A stretch of 64,000 bases of DNA from Carcharhinus longimanus (taxonomy: Eukaryota). Below the pieces are notes generated by a model. That model did not search any database, was not told where the DNA came from, and was given only the letters and a program-made list of their open reading frames with translations. The stretch is from positions 31,637,554 to 31,701,553 of the forward strand of contig JASCQW010000133.1 of the NCBI GenBank assembly GCA_030264375.1. The letters run 5' to 3'. Positions 12,231 through 26,262 of this stretch are shown here, in pieces. Numbering within the stretch: position 1 is the stretch's first letter; each line of letters opens with the position of its first letter. The translations under genes and the position numbers were made by a program.

Positions 12231-14075
12231 ATATGGTATCACACTCCCCTTAGGCCGCTGCAACTGTTATCAGGTGTTTCTAAATCCCCAGCAAACAATG
12301 ACACATGCCCATGAGATCCCCAGCAAAAGGTAACACACTCCCCCAGGGTGCCCTGTAAATAATGATAGTCTCTCAAGATGTTATAAATGATGACATCGTC
12401 CCCTGAACCCCTGCAAACATTTACACGCTCATCAAAAACCCTTGCAAAAGATGGCAGACTCCCCATAGACCTCTCTCGCCAAGGTCCTCTGCTACTGTTG
12501 ACACTCCTCTGGTATTCATCTTACCTTCTGTATCAGCTAACTAAAAAAAACATTTCCTATCACAGACAATGATTTATATTAGCGTGCACTAACAATCTGC
12601 AATTAATTCAGTACAAAAATCTCATGAAGGTAACCAGGGTTTTTGAGACATCCTCTAGGGTCCACAATTTGAATACCCAACAATATCCACAGAATGCCCA
12701 AACCTCAAAAACCTCCAGTATTCCATCAAACTCTTTCAACTCCTTTTAAACTATCTCTCAGATTGACAACCTGATACCTGAACTCTCCATCAGACCCCAG
12801 ATGCTGCACCTCAATCTTTGTTTAATGAAGATTATTTTCACTTCTATTCTGGGAGTTGCAGCACCGTGTGTTCTTACATTTCTTTACATAGTCGAATCCA
12901 TCACTACAGCTAATTTTCAGTCCCAAAATCTATTTTAAAATTCAATAAATTGCTATTAATGTCAGTGTATATTACTCTCCATCATGAGGTTACCTGTGCA
13001 ATCCATGTTACAGCCATTTAATTTGGTCAAATTGTACATATTCCCTGCATACTAACCTGGGATACAATTGTCAAGTGTAAAAAGGATGCATAATGGTGGC
13101 AATCTTTTGATATACAGTATTGTGTTTAACACAGAATTCTGCATGTGTTTCTGTTGCTAAATATAACATGACACATCTTTTATAGTACCATATCAGGTTT
13201 GTCAGCCTAGTACACAAGTGACTAGACTGTACAACCTTTTAAGTGCTTTTGAACATCGGAGAATGCCACAGCAAAGAGATCCTGGAGAGTTAGTGATTAA
13301 TGAAAGTGGACAGGTTTAGAACGCGAGGCAGAAAGGATTAGTAGGGAATTTGCAGGAACAGGGACAACAGACACAATCCAGCAAGCCATCTAAAATGGGT
13401 GAGGAGATTCATCCCTTTCTTGTGGTGTGTTTCAGGCACCCACAAAGGCAAAACATACATAAAGACAATAACAGTCGCCAGTTTGGGGATGGCTCCAGAT
13501 CCCCAAGGCAAAAATATTCAACTACTGGTAGTTTAAGGGCAAAAAAACCCCTCTACATTCATTCTACAAACAATCAATCAATTAAAAAAATGTCAATAGC
13601 TAGATATTTGAAGAAATATCAACTCATTCTTACATTTACCAAAGGGAGTTTTGCTTGAACGGAGAGAGAAATGGTTAGTGGTTCTAATCTTCGTAATGTT
13701 TTTGGCATGGATGAACAGCATATCTTGCTATATGCTTCCAGATATAAGCTTAACTTTTAAAGGGTGAATGGCAAAGTGGGGCAGAATGAGAAGGAATGTT
13801 TAATAGGACTCAAGTGCAAATCAGAGAGGAAAGGAAGAAAGGTAATATCAATGAAAATGAAGATTGAAAAATTCTCATGCTTGACACAAGGACCATCTAG
13901 TCTCGTACTGCACAGATAAGAATGTTTATTTGCAGGAACTGAAATATTTCTCTATAGCAACCTAATTGGAAAGAATTGAAAATAAAGAATAGGTTCTCTC
14001 ATCAGAATTTTTTAATGTCATCCTGTAACACAACTTCAGAATAGCAGAATCCCAACGAATAAATATACACTGGAC

Positions 14076-15395
14076 TTGAAATTGCTAGAATCAATCATTA
14101 AGGAGATAACTGGGCATTTGGAAAGACAAAGCTCAATCAACCATTGTCAGCATGGTTTTATGAAGGGAAACTCATGCTTGACAAACTTGCTTGAATTCTT
14201 TGTGGGTGCAACAAGGTGGATAGTGGGGAGCCTATGGATTTGGTATACCCAGACTTCAAGAAGGCGTTTGACAAGGTGCCGCATAAAAGACTGATCCAGA
14301 AGGTGAGATTGCAGGGGATTGGTGGTGGAGTATGAGGTTGGATTGAGGATTGGCTGACTAACAGAAAGCAGAGGTTCGGAATGAGTGGATCCTTCTCTGG
14401 CTGATAAAATGTAACTGATTGGGTGCAGGGGTCGGTCCTTGGACCTCAACTGTTTACAATCCATATAAATGATCTGCAAGCAGGGACAGAGGGCAACATA
14501 GCAAAATTTATGGATGATACAAAAATAGGTGGGAAAGCAGGCAGTGAAGAGGATATAAAGATTCTACAGACGGATATAGATAGGCTAAGAGAATAGGCCA
14601 AAATTTGGCAGTTGGAGTTTAATAAGCATGAGATTATCAATTTTTGCAGAAAAACAATGGAAATGCAAGTTATTGCCTAAATGGAAAACAGATTAAAAAT
14701 ATGTCTGGGCAGAGGGATCTGGCTGTCTGTGTTCATGAATCACAGAAAGTCAGTATGCAGGTGCAGTATGTAATAAATAAGGCAAATGGGATGTTGGCAT
14801 TTATTGCAAAAGAACTGGAGTATAAAAGTGTTGTTGCAATTGTATTGGGTGTTGGTCAGATCACATCTGGAATATTGTGTTCAGTTTTGGTCTCTTTATT
14901 TGAGGAAGGACGTAGTGGCATTGGAGGCAGTTCAGAGGAAGTTCACCAGATTGATTCCAGGGTTGAATGAGTTGACATATGAGGAGAGATTAAAAAGTTT
15001 GGGCTTGTATTTGCTAGAGTTTAGAAGGGATCTGATTGAGGTATATAAAATTTTAAAAGGGATTGTTAACGTAAATATCGACCAAATGTTTCCCCTTATG
15101 GGGCAATCTAGAACAAAAGGTCACAGGTATAGGTTGCAAGGCAGTAGATTTAAAACAGAGATGAGGAGGAACTGCTTCTCGCAGAGGCTGGTAAATTTGT
15201 GGAACTCGCTGTCCCATAGCGCAATGGAGTCTGAATCGTTGAATGGTTTCGAGAGGGAGATAGATATATTTCTAATAGAGAAAGGAAAAGGGGGATATGT
15301 GGTACAGGTGGGGAGGTGGATCAGCCATGATCTGATTGAATGGCTGAGCAGGCTCGAAGGGCTGAATTTGTCTACTTCTGCTCCTAATTCCCATG
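14076..15395 (+). mobile_element. 5'-truncated CR1 LINE (RT domain to 3' tail), frameshifted
   Basis: QHGFMKGNSCLTNLLEFF, LVRSHLEYCVQFWS, RNCFSQRLVNLWNSL; CR1 tail. Confidence 0.92.
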
Positions 15396-16706
15396 TTGGC
15401 CTCTTATGGAACACCCTAAGGTTCTTCTCAGAATGTTCCTGTTGCTGTCAGTGATTCCCAAGATGTGAACTGATGAATGTTATAATATTGCTGGAGTCAC
15501 ACTGTCCTTAGTGCAACTAATTGTACTGGAGGAACAATAGAGCCAAATAAAACCAGGGACCAGCACCAGGTGCTGCAAGTGGAGCAGAATTTCCAGGCGA
15601 TATTAAGAATGACATCACTCCAAGATAGCAAATGATAACCATGAATCATAGAAACTGGTAAATGAAACATCAGAACACTTTAGTTTCTGACATAATTTCA
15701 ACAAATCTATATTCATACTTTAATTTGGACGCAGTGGCTACTAATGATTGGAAAAAGAGCATGTGGAAAAGACTTTGTTGATAATCTTGAATAACCAGTA
15801 AATACCAGAGCTGAGTTTATTAAAGAAAGCATGCAAAAGTACCAACGAGAGCATGTAAATTTCCAATGCAGACTTTGATCCTGTATGATTGAATACTGAA
15901 ATAATTTGTGCTGGAGAAGGGTGAAACTAAAATGTTCTCAATTGTTACGGGACTCTGAACTCAGTTCACCAGCAAAACAACCACAAATTGTTCACACTGA
16001 ACATTTTATTTGAAAACACTCAAGAAATAATTGTTTTGTCATTATAAGGATGAGTACAACACCTAGAACTAGTGTAAAATCTCGGATGTCATCATTTCTG
16101 TTCACTTGCTGTTTAATTTGGCAGTTTTATTCCACTGTCTTCCAACAGTCAAAGTAGACCAGGAGAGCTAAAACCCAGCGATAAGGCATTATCTATTCAA
16201 CTCCTGGATTCACCCACGCCTTATCTGGATGCCAGACAGATGAAGGCATATGCCAGTCTGTTGGAAGCAAAACTAAGACTTGAATGAATGGTGTCAGCCA
16301 AAGAAAAGTATGCAACATTACTGAACTAAAGAGAAGTATCTGGGGTAAAAACGTAACTGAAGATTTGCATTTTCTATATAAAACCCACCTCATGATATTA
16401 TTTTGTTTAAGCAGCAAAACAGCTGTTAGTAGAGTTCCAAAGTTGCATCATCAAACAATACTTAGCGAAAGTGAAAATGTACTATGTTAGAGAATCAGCC
16501 AGTACAGGATATTCTGACTACAAACGTTCATTTTCCTGAACAGAAACAAAATCTTGTCATATGGAATCTCTCTCTTCACCTTCCAAACTCTTGATATTTG
16601 TCTTAATCTTTCTTGTCTCCATTTCACCTGATAACACTGGTAACATTCTCTCTAAATGTTCCTCGACATATTATTCCAAACATTTCTGACCTAACTTTAG
16701 AACAGT

Positions 16707-17539
16707 GGGGGCGATTTTCCCATCTCACCTGGAGACTCGAGCAGAGGCCATTTTGTGGGCTCCCTACTGGGCTCCATGGTTTCTGCACGACTCCGGCAGC
16801 CGGATTTCCAGCGACATCAGCTCCGTGCCAGAAACCAGCAAGGAAATGAGGAAATTACGCCAATCTTGATTGAAATCGCTGGGCCTGCTAGCCTCTCCCC
16901 CACCACCCCCCCAGTCAGGAGTGGCTCACTCCAGCAGGGTTTACTATAGCGCCCTGGCCCTGCTGGAGTAAAGGAGGGGGCCACCCCCCAAGGAGGTCGG
17001 AGCTGAGAAGGGTAGCCCAAGGGGCAAAGTGCCAATGGCCAGAGGGCACTTTGGCACTGCCCACCAGCCAGTGTCAAGGGGGTGGGACCTACTGGGATAG
17101 TGTGTCCCGCTGCCACTCTGCAGGGGATTTTCATGTAGGGAAGGAGCTCAGCTATTGGGACTAGGCACCTGAGCGGGGATGGAAATCGGGACAGCAAGGC
17201 TGTGGGGGAGATCGAGGCATGACCGGGGGGGGGGGGCATGTTTTGAGGCTGGCCCAGACATGTTCACGGAGCCAGCGATCAAGCTGGTCAGATATTGGGA
17301 GGCCAGCAGTGCAGGGCTACTGCACACGTGCTTATCTCAACACTGACAGGTCGCGCATGTGCAGTGGCCCGCTCAGTGATATGCCGTCAGCTTCTCCAGC
17401 AGGAAGGCCCCTGCTAGTGCACTCTGCAGTGCACAGAACCTGGCAGATTCATTTTGAAACTCCTGCTGAAAAAAAGTGGGATTTACCCCAGTTTTTACGC
17501 AAATTCGACACTTAGAATTTTTTTGGGAGAATCGTCCCC
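16707..17539. mobile_element. GC-rich non-autonomous DNA transposon (MITE-like)
   Basis: 15-bp TIRs gggggcgattttccc / gggagaatcgtcccc (13/15 match), CAGT on both flanks, GC-rich interior. Confidence 0.7.
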
Positions 17540-19212
17540 CAGTATATTTTAAACAAAGTCCCCATGATTCTGTGAAATCAAGGGGAGCTCGAGGAAGTTG
17601 ACAACAACCTCCCATTTTCTACATGGAATGTTTGAAATAGTCTGCACAGTCTCCCTCAACTTGCTTCAGAAACTACAGAAAAAGCGCACTCTGCAAAACC
17701 TACAGCCTAGCACATCACATAATCTCCTGAAATATACCAAAAGTGCTGGAGATATACAGGTCAGTCAGCATCTGAAAACGGCAAAAGACTAGTTAAACTT
17801 CCACAAGCATACATTCACTAGAACTGCAAGCATTTTAATACAGTTAGGAAAAATTGAGAGGGGCAGAACTCCAATCACAGAGAAGGAGTTAAGGAATTAA
17901 ACAATGAGACTATTTAACAAAAAATTGTTAGGTGTTGGAAAATGTCAGACAGGTAATGAAAGGACTTAAAAGGAAGGTGCAAATATTGCAGGCAAAGAGA
18001 AAGTCGATGGAAAAAATCTGCAAGTGCACAAGTCAAACAAAAACAGAATCACTATATATGATCACACTCTAAAATCACTATTTCTGACTTATTCTTTCCC
18101 AAGACCCATGACACTCCTTTAATTTAGATTTGCTCTTTCTGAGATACCGCTAGCAAATTTAAATAAAAACCTTGGAATAACGGGGACAGGGGAAGTTCAA
18201 CATTTTGAACATGTTGCTAAAGTATATTAATAGGGAACAAGAGTGTTTATGACAAAGGCAGTATTTTTTTTAAATGAGTGAATCTGCACATGGTTGTCAA
18301 CTGGAGAAAATTGTGAATGATAGAGTTAAAGTAAGTTGCTAATGATTTCTGATTGGTTTCCCAAAACCAAAAAGAACATTTTATTATTCTATGGACCAGC
18401 TTAAAGTGTGGTTCATGCTATAAACAAGACTTTCAACATACCATTAGAGAAACTTGTACCACTGTTCCTAAGTTGGAGGACAGGTTGTTTTATAATGCTG
18501 AGTCCATTATATCATGGCTAGGCATAATTTATTAATTTACTGCTAAAATGGAACAATGTTTATCCTAGCCTCACACTGGCCAGTTGTAGACAAATCTTGA
18601 AGCCAATTACAAACTAATTGCATTTGCTGGATAAAGTTAGTAGGTTGGCAGCTATTTGTAAATCTCTTGTTCCTCACCTTGGGGAAACTTTATCTTATTG
18701 AGGTTAAAGGGAATTAGAGCTTTCCTTGCCCTCAAAGATGCTACTTGATCATTGGTAGGTCTCTACCTGATGAGAGTAGTTGCCGTTTTAGGAATAAGGC
18801 TAGTGTGATACTTCAAAGAATGAGCAGCGCCTGAGCTGCAACATTTTTCTTCATGCAGGATTTTACAAATTGTCTATTGGAAATTACATTGTGAGCTGCA
18901 TTGAATGCTTGATTACTGGTCTGAACTATAAGGGGATTGGAGGATTCTGACCACATTAAAAAGTAGCTTTTGCTCTTCTCTTGACTGGNNNNNNNNNNAG
19001 CAGCTGCTGTCAGAATGGAATCCTGATGTAGCGTTGATGCTTCTCTACATGAAGCTGGGAAGGAGAATTGGAGGCAAAATTGTCTATTTCACACAATCAA
19101 CCAGTTTATTGTAGGTGGATGCTGATCTGGACCATGAACTGTCCACCTACTTGATTTTGTGTCTTGAGTGTAAGGCTTAAAGAAAACAAATATAGAAAAG
19201 TAGAACAAGTTT

Positions 19213-19445
19213 ATAGAATCATAGAATCCTACACTGCAGAAGGAGGCCATTTGGCCCACTGAGTCTACACCGACCACAATCCCACCCAGGCCCTATCCCT
19301 GTGTATTTACCCTAGCTCGTCCCCAGGACACTAAAGGGCAATTTAGCATGGCCAATCCAACTAACTCTCACATTTTTGGACTGTGGGAGGAAACCAGAGC
19401 ACCCGGAGGAAATCTACACAGACATGGGGAGAGTGTGCAAACTCC
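19213..19445 (-). mobile_element. HE1-like SINE, 5' truncated
   Basis: atagaatcatagaatcctacactgcagaaggaggcc tail and SINE body. Confidence 0.8.
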
Positions 19446-19651
19446 TCTAATAACAATAAAGACAGCAGCATAGTTACAGGCAGCATGATTCCTGACATGA
19501 GGAGACAGTGTTACTTGTCAATGGCATCCTTCACTCCATTGTTTCTAATAACAGCGACTCTGGCTTAATGATCCTTATCTGTTTAACATCTGATAATTTT
19601 ACTGAGATTAAAACATTGATGTTGATACTGTTATAACACCAAAATCCTGGG

Positions 19652-19657
19652 TTTATT
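19652..19657 (-). promoter_or_regulatory. Candidate TFIP11 polyadenylation signal AATAAA
   Basis: tttatt on plus strand, ~290 nt past the TFIP11 stop. Confidence 0.55.
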
Positions 19658-19949
19658 GTTCATAAATAAAAGATCTTAAAAGAAACAAAAAAATGTTACA
19701 GGTTTTAAAAAATACAACAGGTAACAAAGTGGGACTCCCTAAGAAACAAATATTGGAATCAGTCATTGAGTAAGGATTTTGGTTAGGGAATAAGAGTCAA
19801 ACAGATCTGTGACGATCTCCTCACTGTTAAAGTCTCTTCCTCAGTCACCCCAGTTCTGGGTAAACAGGTGAAGTCTTCTTGTGTAACTGGAATGAAGGAA
19901 CAGGACATAAAGCAGAGAGAAGCACATTGCTGCATCTCCTGTTTGCATG

Positions 19950-20305
19950 TTACTTAGCCATGTCAATGAGGCTCTGAAGTGATGTTGGCACCCATGTTTT
20001 CTCTCCCTGAACAAACACAACCCCTCTGTCAATGTAAATAACTATCCGCCCAAAGGTATAGAGCTGTTTCCCCTCGTGGCGTTTGCCCATCAAAGGCATA
20101 AAGACAATATTGTGCTCCTCGGCCTTTGCTTGGATCAGGTCCTTGAAATTCATTGGAATCGAGGCTGAGCTGACGCCAATGCCACGGTGTGCCATGTTCT
20201 CAGCCTCACGGCGCTCCTGCATTGCCTCATACTGAAAGTCCCTCCGGCGTTCCGTGTGGGTGAGGTATGCAATGTTCTCCCGAGCTCCTGGCTGCATGTA
20301 ACCGC
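19950..20305 (-). CDS. TFIP11: TFIP11 (tuftelin-interacting protein 11 / Ntr1) last coding exon
   Basis: [32 protein letters not shown]...[14 protein letters not shown]; AG acceptor at 20306-20307. Confidence 0.96.
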
Positions 20306-20829
20306 CTGTGTAAAAGTAAAAGAAAATCCTTTACTCTACATCCAAGGATTGACAAAATTCCTCTTGGCTAATTGCATAGCATAGTGAAGGTTTTAAATAT
20401 CCGGGCACACTCATTAAAATTTGGTTAAGTTAGTAAGAGGACAATTTTGTTTTCTGCCCAAAAGCTAACAAAACTTGGGAATAAGTTACCAAGAATTACA
20501 TTGAAGTGAACAGTCTAAGAATACAGGTTTATTACAACTTAAACAAACTCAAAAATTTACCAAATTTTACAAGCATGCTTTGCAAAGCCAAGATCTTTTC
20601 ACACCAAACTGCACTTCTGAATTCTGCAAGCCATCCTTTACCTTACCTGCAGCAGAGGCCTGTGGATCAGGGAAAAGGTACTGTTGTCAATCCATAGGCC
20701 TGAGGCTCTCTATATCACCCATAATGTAATCTTGGCTGAAACCAGCTAACACATTCCTGAACGGGGATAAAACCTAGGACTTTCCTGGTCTAATGCCTCC
20801 AGAAATTACTGAGCAGCAACATCCTGGGG

Positions 20830-21665
20830 GGTACCATTGACCAGAAACTGAACTGGACTAACCATAAAAATACTGTAGCTACAAGAACAGGTCAGAGGCT
20901 GGGAATCCTGCAGCAAGTAAGTCACCTCCTGACTCTCCAAAGCCTTGCAGCTCGAGCAACAAAGCTTGACACCACCCAGGACAAAGCAGCTTGTTTGATT
21001 GGCACCACTTCAACAAACATTAACTCCCTCCACTATCAATGAATAGTGGTAGCAGTGTGTACCATCTACAAGATGCAGTGCAGGAATTCATCCAGGCTCC
21101 TTTGGCAGAGCCTTCTAAACGCACAAGTACTGCCATTTAGAAGCATGAGATTAGCAGCCATATGGGAACACCACCACCTGGAAATTCCCCTTCAACTCAC
21201 TCGCTATTCTGACTTAGAAATATATTGTCATTTGTTTACAGTCGCTGGGTCAAAATACTGGAACTCCTTCCCACCAGCACTGTGGGTAGACCTACATAGT
21301 AAAAAGTCTGACAACACCAGGTTTTAGTCCAACCTATTTATTTGATAATATTCTCACAAGCTTTCGGGTNNNNNNNNNNNNNNNNNNNNNNNNNNNNNNN
21401 NNNNNNNNNNNNNNNNNNNNNNNNNNNNNNNNNNNNNNNNNNNNNNNNNNNNNNNNNNNNNNNNNNNNNCTATCAGTCTCTGTTCAGCGACTCTGCGCTG
21501 TCGTGTGTCGTGAAGGCCGCCTTGGAGAATGCTTACCCGAAGGTCATGTAGACCTACATCATAGGGACTGCAGTGTTTCAAGAAGGCAGCTCGCCAGCAC
21601 CGTCCAAGGGCAATTAGAGATGGACAATAAATGCTGGCCGGGCCAGCAACGCCCACATCACGTAA
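20830..21665 (+). mobile_element. CR1/L2-like LINE 3' fragment interrupted by a Penelope insertion
   Basis: VAVCTIYKMQCRNS RT-tail motif; tail gggcaattagagatggacaataaatgctggcc; same family at 38490-39435. Confidence 0.7.
21298..21547 (-). mobile_element. 5'-truncated Penelope-like insertion with 12-bp target-site duplication
   Basis: Minus DLRVSILQGGLHDTRQRRVAEQRLI (GIY-YIG C-terminus); terminus gaaagcttgtg...aacctggtgttgt; GTAGACCTACAT at 21286-21297 and 21548-21559. Confidence 0.75.
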
Positions 21666-22588
21666 ATAAATTTTTTTTAAAAATTATTAATGGTTTGTAA
21701 GATGTTTTATGTCTATAACATATTAAAATCTTATATCTGTGTACACTTCCTGTTAGATTTTCCATTATAAAATCTCTTAATTTATGAAACTATGGCAACT
21801 GGTTATGCTGTAATTATATGGTCCTGCTAGTGGGGGTGCAGAGGAAGGTGGGAGGGAATGTGTTCCAGGATACAGATAGGTTGCTGCTACAGAACACAAC
21901 TGTATTGGCTTAATGGCATGGTGAGATTGGTCTCAAGGTATAAAGCATTGGCAGGGGGTATTGTGCTGGTGGCCTCAATGTCTGTGAATTAGTCAGGAGT
22001 GTAATTACAAGGTGTGGGAGCATTGAGTCTGTGGCAGCAGGACCTGATTTTACCAGCCTTGTAGGCTGTTCCCCACCTAGTGCAAGAAACCCTCTTAGGG
22101 AATGCCACCTCCACATGAAGAAAGTGGTAACTGAAAATTAATGTTGGGTTGGTTTGATGCTTTTAGAAGTGTTAATTATTCATTTTAAAAGCACCAAAGA
22201 GACTTAACCAAGATAATATTTATTCCTGAACGAATATGGAAAAGATAGATTTGTCAAGTCATATATCTTACTGTTGTTTGTGAGACCTTTCTGTGCACAT
22301 ATTGGTTGCTGCATTTCCAAACATTACAACAAAAATACACTTTAAATGTACTTCACTGGTTGTAAAGCACATTGGGACAAGTCGCAACGACTGCAGTACC
22401 CCTTTGAAAGGATTTCAAAATCCTTGCTTTTCCTTTCTTGAACTCTTTGTACATATAAGGCACATTTTTTTCTCTTTCCTACTAGTCATTTTCATGTCTC
22501 CATCTTTCTTTCCATTTCCAAATATGTGCTCTTCCCATCCTCATCATCCGGAGAGCATCCAGAAGTAACAAAACCAAGAGATGCTTAC

Positions 22589-22754
22589 CTACTGTGGATG
22601 TGACAGCCCGATTCATAATGTCCAGGGCTTCATTAAACTTCTCCTTGATCGTTGGGTGAGCCAGTACCTGGTCAGAAAACATGGACTTCCAGCCCAAGTA
22701 CCATTTAGTGACCTCTTCATAATTGGGACTGTTACTGAGCCAAGAACATAGCAC
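22589..22754 (-). CDS. TFIP11: TFIP11 coding exon
   Basis: [26 protein letters not shown]...NRAVTSTV; AG/GT boundaries, phase consistent. Confidence 0.95.
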
Positions 22755-23020
22755 CTGGGCAGGAGAAAGGGGGTAATTTGGGGAATTCAAAGGAGAATAA
22801 AGGTCACATATTAAAAGTTGTATGTGAAGCTACATGAAGGAATTGCAATGAATTGTATAACCATTTCATGCTTCCCCTCTTTTCATACAATTCTAATAAT
22901 TCAATCCTTCCAATTTGTTCAATGAACAGTAAACAAAGTACGACTGCCATATGTACCAATGATTGAGACAGAGAAAAGTAGGAAGTTGACATACTGCAGC
23001 TCGGTCATCACAAGACTCAC

Positions 23021-23163
23021 CTGCAACCATTTTGGGAAGAAGTTTTTCTCAAGCAATCCTATGAGGCTGGAAGGTGAGATCATGTCCTCCCAGTCCATCA
23101 CCCAGTGGAAGGTGTCCATGTGTTGTTGGTGAGGATTGATCACAAACTCTGCTAAACACATCC
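23021..23163 (-). CDS. TFIP11: TFIP11 coding exon
   Basis: [24 protein letters not shown]...FFPKWLQ; cag/gtgag boundaries. Confidence 0.95.
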
Positions 23164-23667
23164 CTGTCAGGGATCAGAAACAAATAACACTGAAACGCAT
23201 CTCCGTCAGGAGTTAGCAACAGCAACTCAGCGTCAAATTTCAAATTGGCAAAACTCTCTAAAAAGCCATCTTAATTTTTTGTGTTATCAATCTTCTCCTT
23301 TTCTCGTAAATGGGGATTTTTCAAGCTAGGAGATTAGTGGTAAGTTTGGACGTTTAGCTACAATGACAGCACTCACACATGCAGCTTTAAACCAAAATGG
23401 TCAGCAATTGCAAGGACATGGTAGTGCAATGGTTATGTTACTGAACTAGCAACTGAGAGTCCTACAAGAGTAATCCAAAGGATTCTCAAATCCCAATTTG
23501 ACATTTGAACATCATTTCAATTAAACTTATCAATAAAAAAAATTCTAACAGTAAAAGTGACCATGAAGCTGTCAGACTGTATAAATATCCAACTAATTCA
23601 CTGATGCTCGTTTAGGGAAGGAAATCTGCCATCCCGTATGTGACAGAAAACTAAAACTTTTTCTTGT

Positions 23668-24003
23668 TCATTCATGGGACGTTGACATTGCTAGCTGGCC
23701 AGCATTTATTGCCCATCCCTAGTTGCCTGAGGGCAGTTGAGAATCAAGCACACAGTTGTGGTTCTGGAGTCACTTGTAGGCCAGATCAGATAAGGAGAGC
23801 AGATTTCCTTCCCTGAAAGACTTTAGTGAACCAGATGGGTTTTTCTGACAACCAATGGTTTAATGGTCATCAGTAGATTCTTAATTGCAGATATTTTTTA
23901 CTGAATTCAAATTCCATCATCTGCTGTGGCAGGATTCGAACCCAGGTCCCCAAAATATTAGCTGAGTTTCTGATTACCTGACTTGATAATACCCCTAGGC
24001 CAT
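23668..24003 (-). mobile_element. Second SINE family (tRNA-like head, LINE-derived tail; possibly Deu-type)
   Basis: Shared core ggagtcacatgtaggccag...agatttccttccct...gaaccagatgggtttt, also at 30478-30855, 30920-31315 and 46168-46513; opposite-orientation remnant at ~23415-23645. Confidence 0.7.
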
Positions 24004-24469
24004 CATTTCTTCAATTTAAGATTAATTCTTGACTGCCTTCAAAGTGGTCTAGCAAGTCACTCAGTGGAAACGAACTGCTAGAACGCAGTCTGCTACAACA
24101 TTATCAAGACAATACCCTTAAAAATAATTAAAATAATTCTAGAGTCTCACCAATAAAATTTTTCAAAAAGAAATGAAATAGTTACAAAGAATGCAGTTGA
24201 ATGGGGGTGGTTTGAAACTTGCTTCCTGTGACAAATTAACAGTGGGATGCATGCAGATAGTTTCCTAAAGCAAGTTCCTTCAACCCAACAAGGCACATGG
24301 GATACTCAAATCAGTCTGAACAAAACAGAAAAAGAGAGAATATTGCCACTGGCAGAAGGGTTGGTAAGTACAGGACACAGATTTAAGATAATTGGCAAAA
24401 GAACCAGAGGTGAGAGCAGAATGTTTCCTTTTAAATACAGTTGCTATGATTTTGGTAAGAAACTGGATA

Positions 24470-25240
24470 CATAACAACTTGTATTTGTAAAGCTCCTTTA
24501 ACATAGTGAAAAGATCTAAGGAACTTCAAAGGAGTGGCTATCAAACAAAAATTTGATGCTTAGCTACATACGTAGGTGTCAGGACAGCTTGGTCAAAAAG
24601 AGGGCTTTTAACTAATGTTTTACAGGAAGGGAGAAAGGTAGCGATGCCTAGGGAGGAAATTCCAGAGCTTAGGGCCACAAAAGGTGGAGCGACATAAATC
24701 AGCGATATACAAGAGGTCAGAATTGGAGCAGCATAGATATCATGCTGAGTTGTAGGGCTGTAGGAGTTACGGGTATAAAATGAGACAGGTCATGAAGGGA
24801 TTTGAAAACAAGAAAGGCAATTCTAAAGCTGAGACATTGTGGACCAGTGCAAGTCTCGTGGTAAGTTAGGATTTGGACAGTAGAATTTTAGATGAACTCA
24901 AAGCTTACTGAGGGTGTTCAGTGGGAGACTGCCCAGGAGAGGATTGGAATAGCCATGTCCAGAGAGAAGAAAGGCATTGGTGGGGCATTCGACAGCAGAT
25001 GAGCTGAAGCAGGGCAGAGACGGGCGATGTGATAGCAATGGAAGTAGACAGTCAGCAATGGGAGAGGATTATGAAGTTTGGAGGCTCAGCTCAGGATCAG
25101 ATGGGATGCTATGGTTGCAAACAATCTGGTTTAGCCTCAGACAGTAGCCAGGGAGAGTGACAGTTGGTGTGAGGGAATGGAATCTATGATGGGTATCAAA
25201 TACAATGGTCATTTTAAGTCTCCAGCAATAACGAAGAATT
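24470..25240 (-). mobile_element. Old L2-like LINE remnant
   Basis: acaacttgtatttgtaaagctcctttaacatag end motif followed by degenerate purine-rich antisense RT-like sequence. Confidence 0.45.
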
Positions 25241-26262
25241 AAAAAAGAAAAGAAAATTGATCCCATTCTCTGGTTTTAACAGAGGTGCGCTGGGAGCATG
25301 AGCAACTAACCTGCGTTCAGGAAGTCGTCCCTAATTTAAATATTTCAATGAAACCGCCTGCTTCCAACTTTCGCTCTCTTACAGTTTAACGCTAGTCAGC
25401 TAGATTTCCCCCAGCCTCAGGAAACCCAGCAACTCAAAGGATGTGACAACAGCTGGACAGAAAAATTAAATGTTTTTCCAGCACTGATTTAACTTTCCCA
25501 CAGACCCAACAAACCAATCATCACCACTCCACACAACCAAGACCCTACAGTTACAACACTCCGTGATGCACGACCCATGATCTCCAACATACACCTTCTG
25601 AAAGTTCAGTGATGGCCGATCAAGATAGTATCCACATTGAACTATGATGGCAGACTGGGTAAAACTGGGTTATATTACCTGGAGGTAAGGACTTTAACGG
25701 TTGATCAACATGTTGGAAATGTGAAGGAAATTAATTTAATAGGTAGGCAATTCAGAACAAAGGGCCAATAATGTTAATAGTGAATCAAATAATAACTTCT
25801 GTGCAAAAAAAGGACGGTGACAACTTGAAATAACTTCCATAATTGTAAATCAGTGGAAAGTATTTAAAAGAAAGATATGTACTGACTTACACAAAAATAT
25901 TAAGGAATTATGGGCCAAACTGGTCTGTCCTTATTTACATATTCACACTGCATCCCTAAGTTAAGGGCAAAAAAACTAGCTTGTGTTCCCACTCAGCTCT
26001 CTATCTAATAACTTCTGTTGGTAAGTGCATATTTGCAGATGTCGGGACCGACCGGAAAGTGACCTGGTTGTGATGATCCCTGACAATCAATTAACCTGCT
26101 GAAACTCAATCTTGGATCAACATAGATACTAGCAAACATGATTTAAGGTGCTGAATGGCAATTGGCAACTAAAGAGTTGTACAATACAAAATGCCAGTAT
26201 CTTAAAAAGTAGAATAAAACTGTTTAAGTTGCAACATAAATTACATTTATACAGTTTCTCAC

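Noticed and set aside
14786-15454. 222-aa ORF as a host gene
   Set aside because: It is the C-terminus of CR1 ORF2 in a truncated, frameshifted copy.
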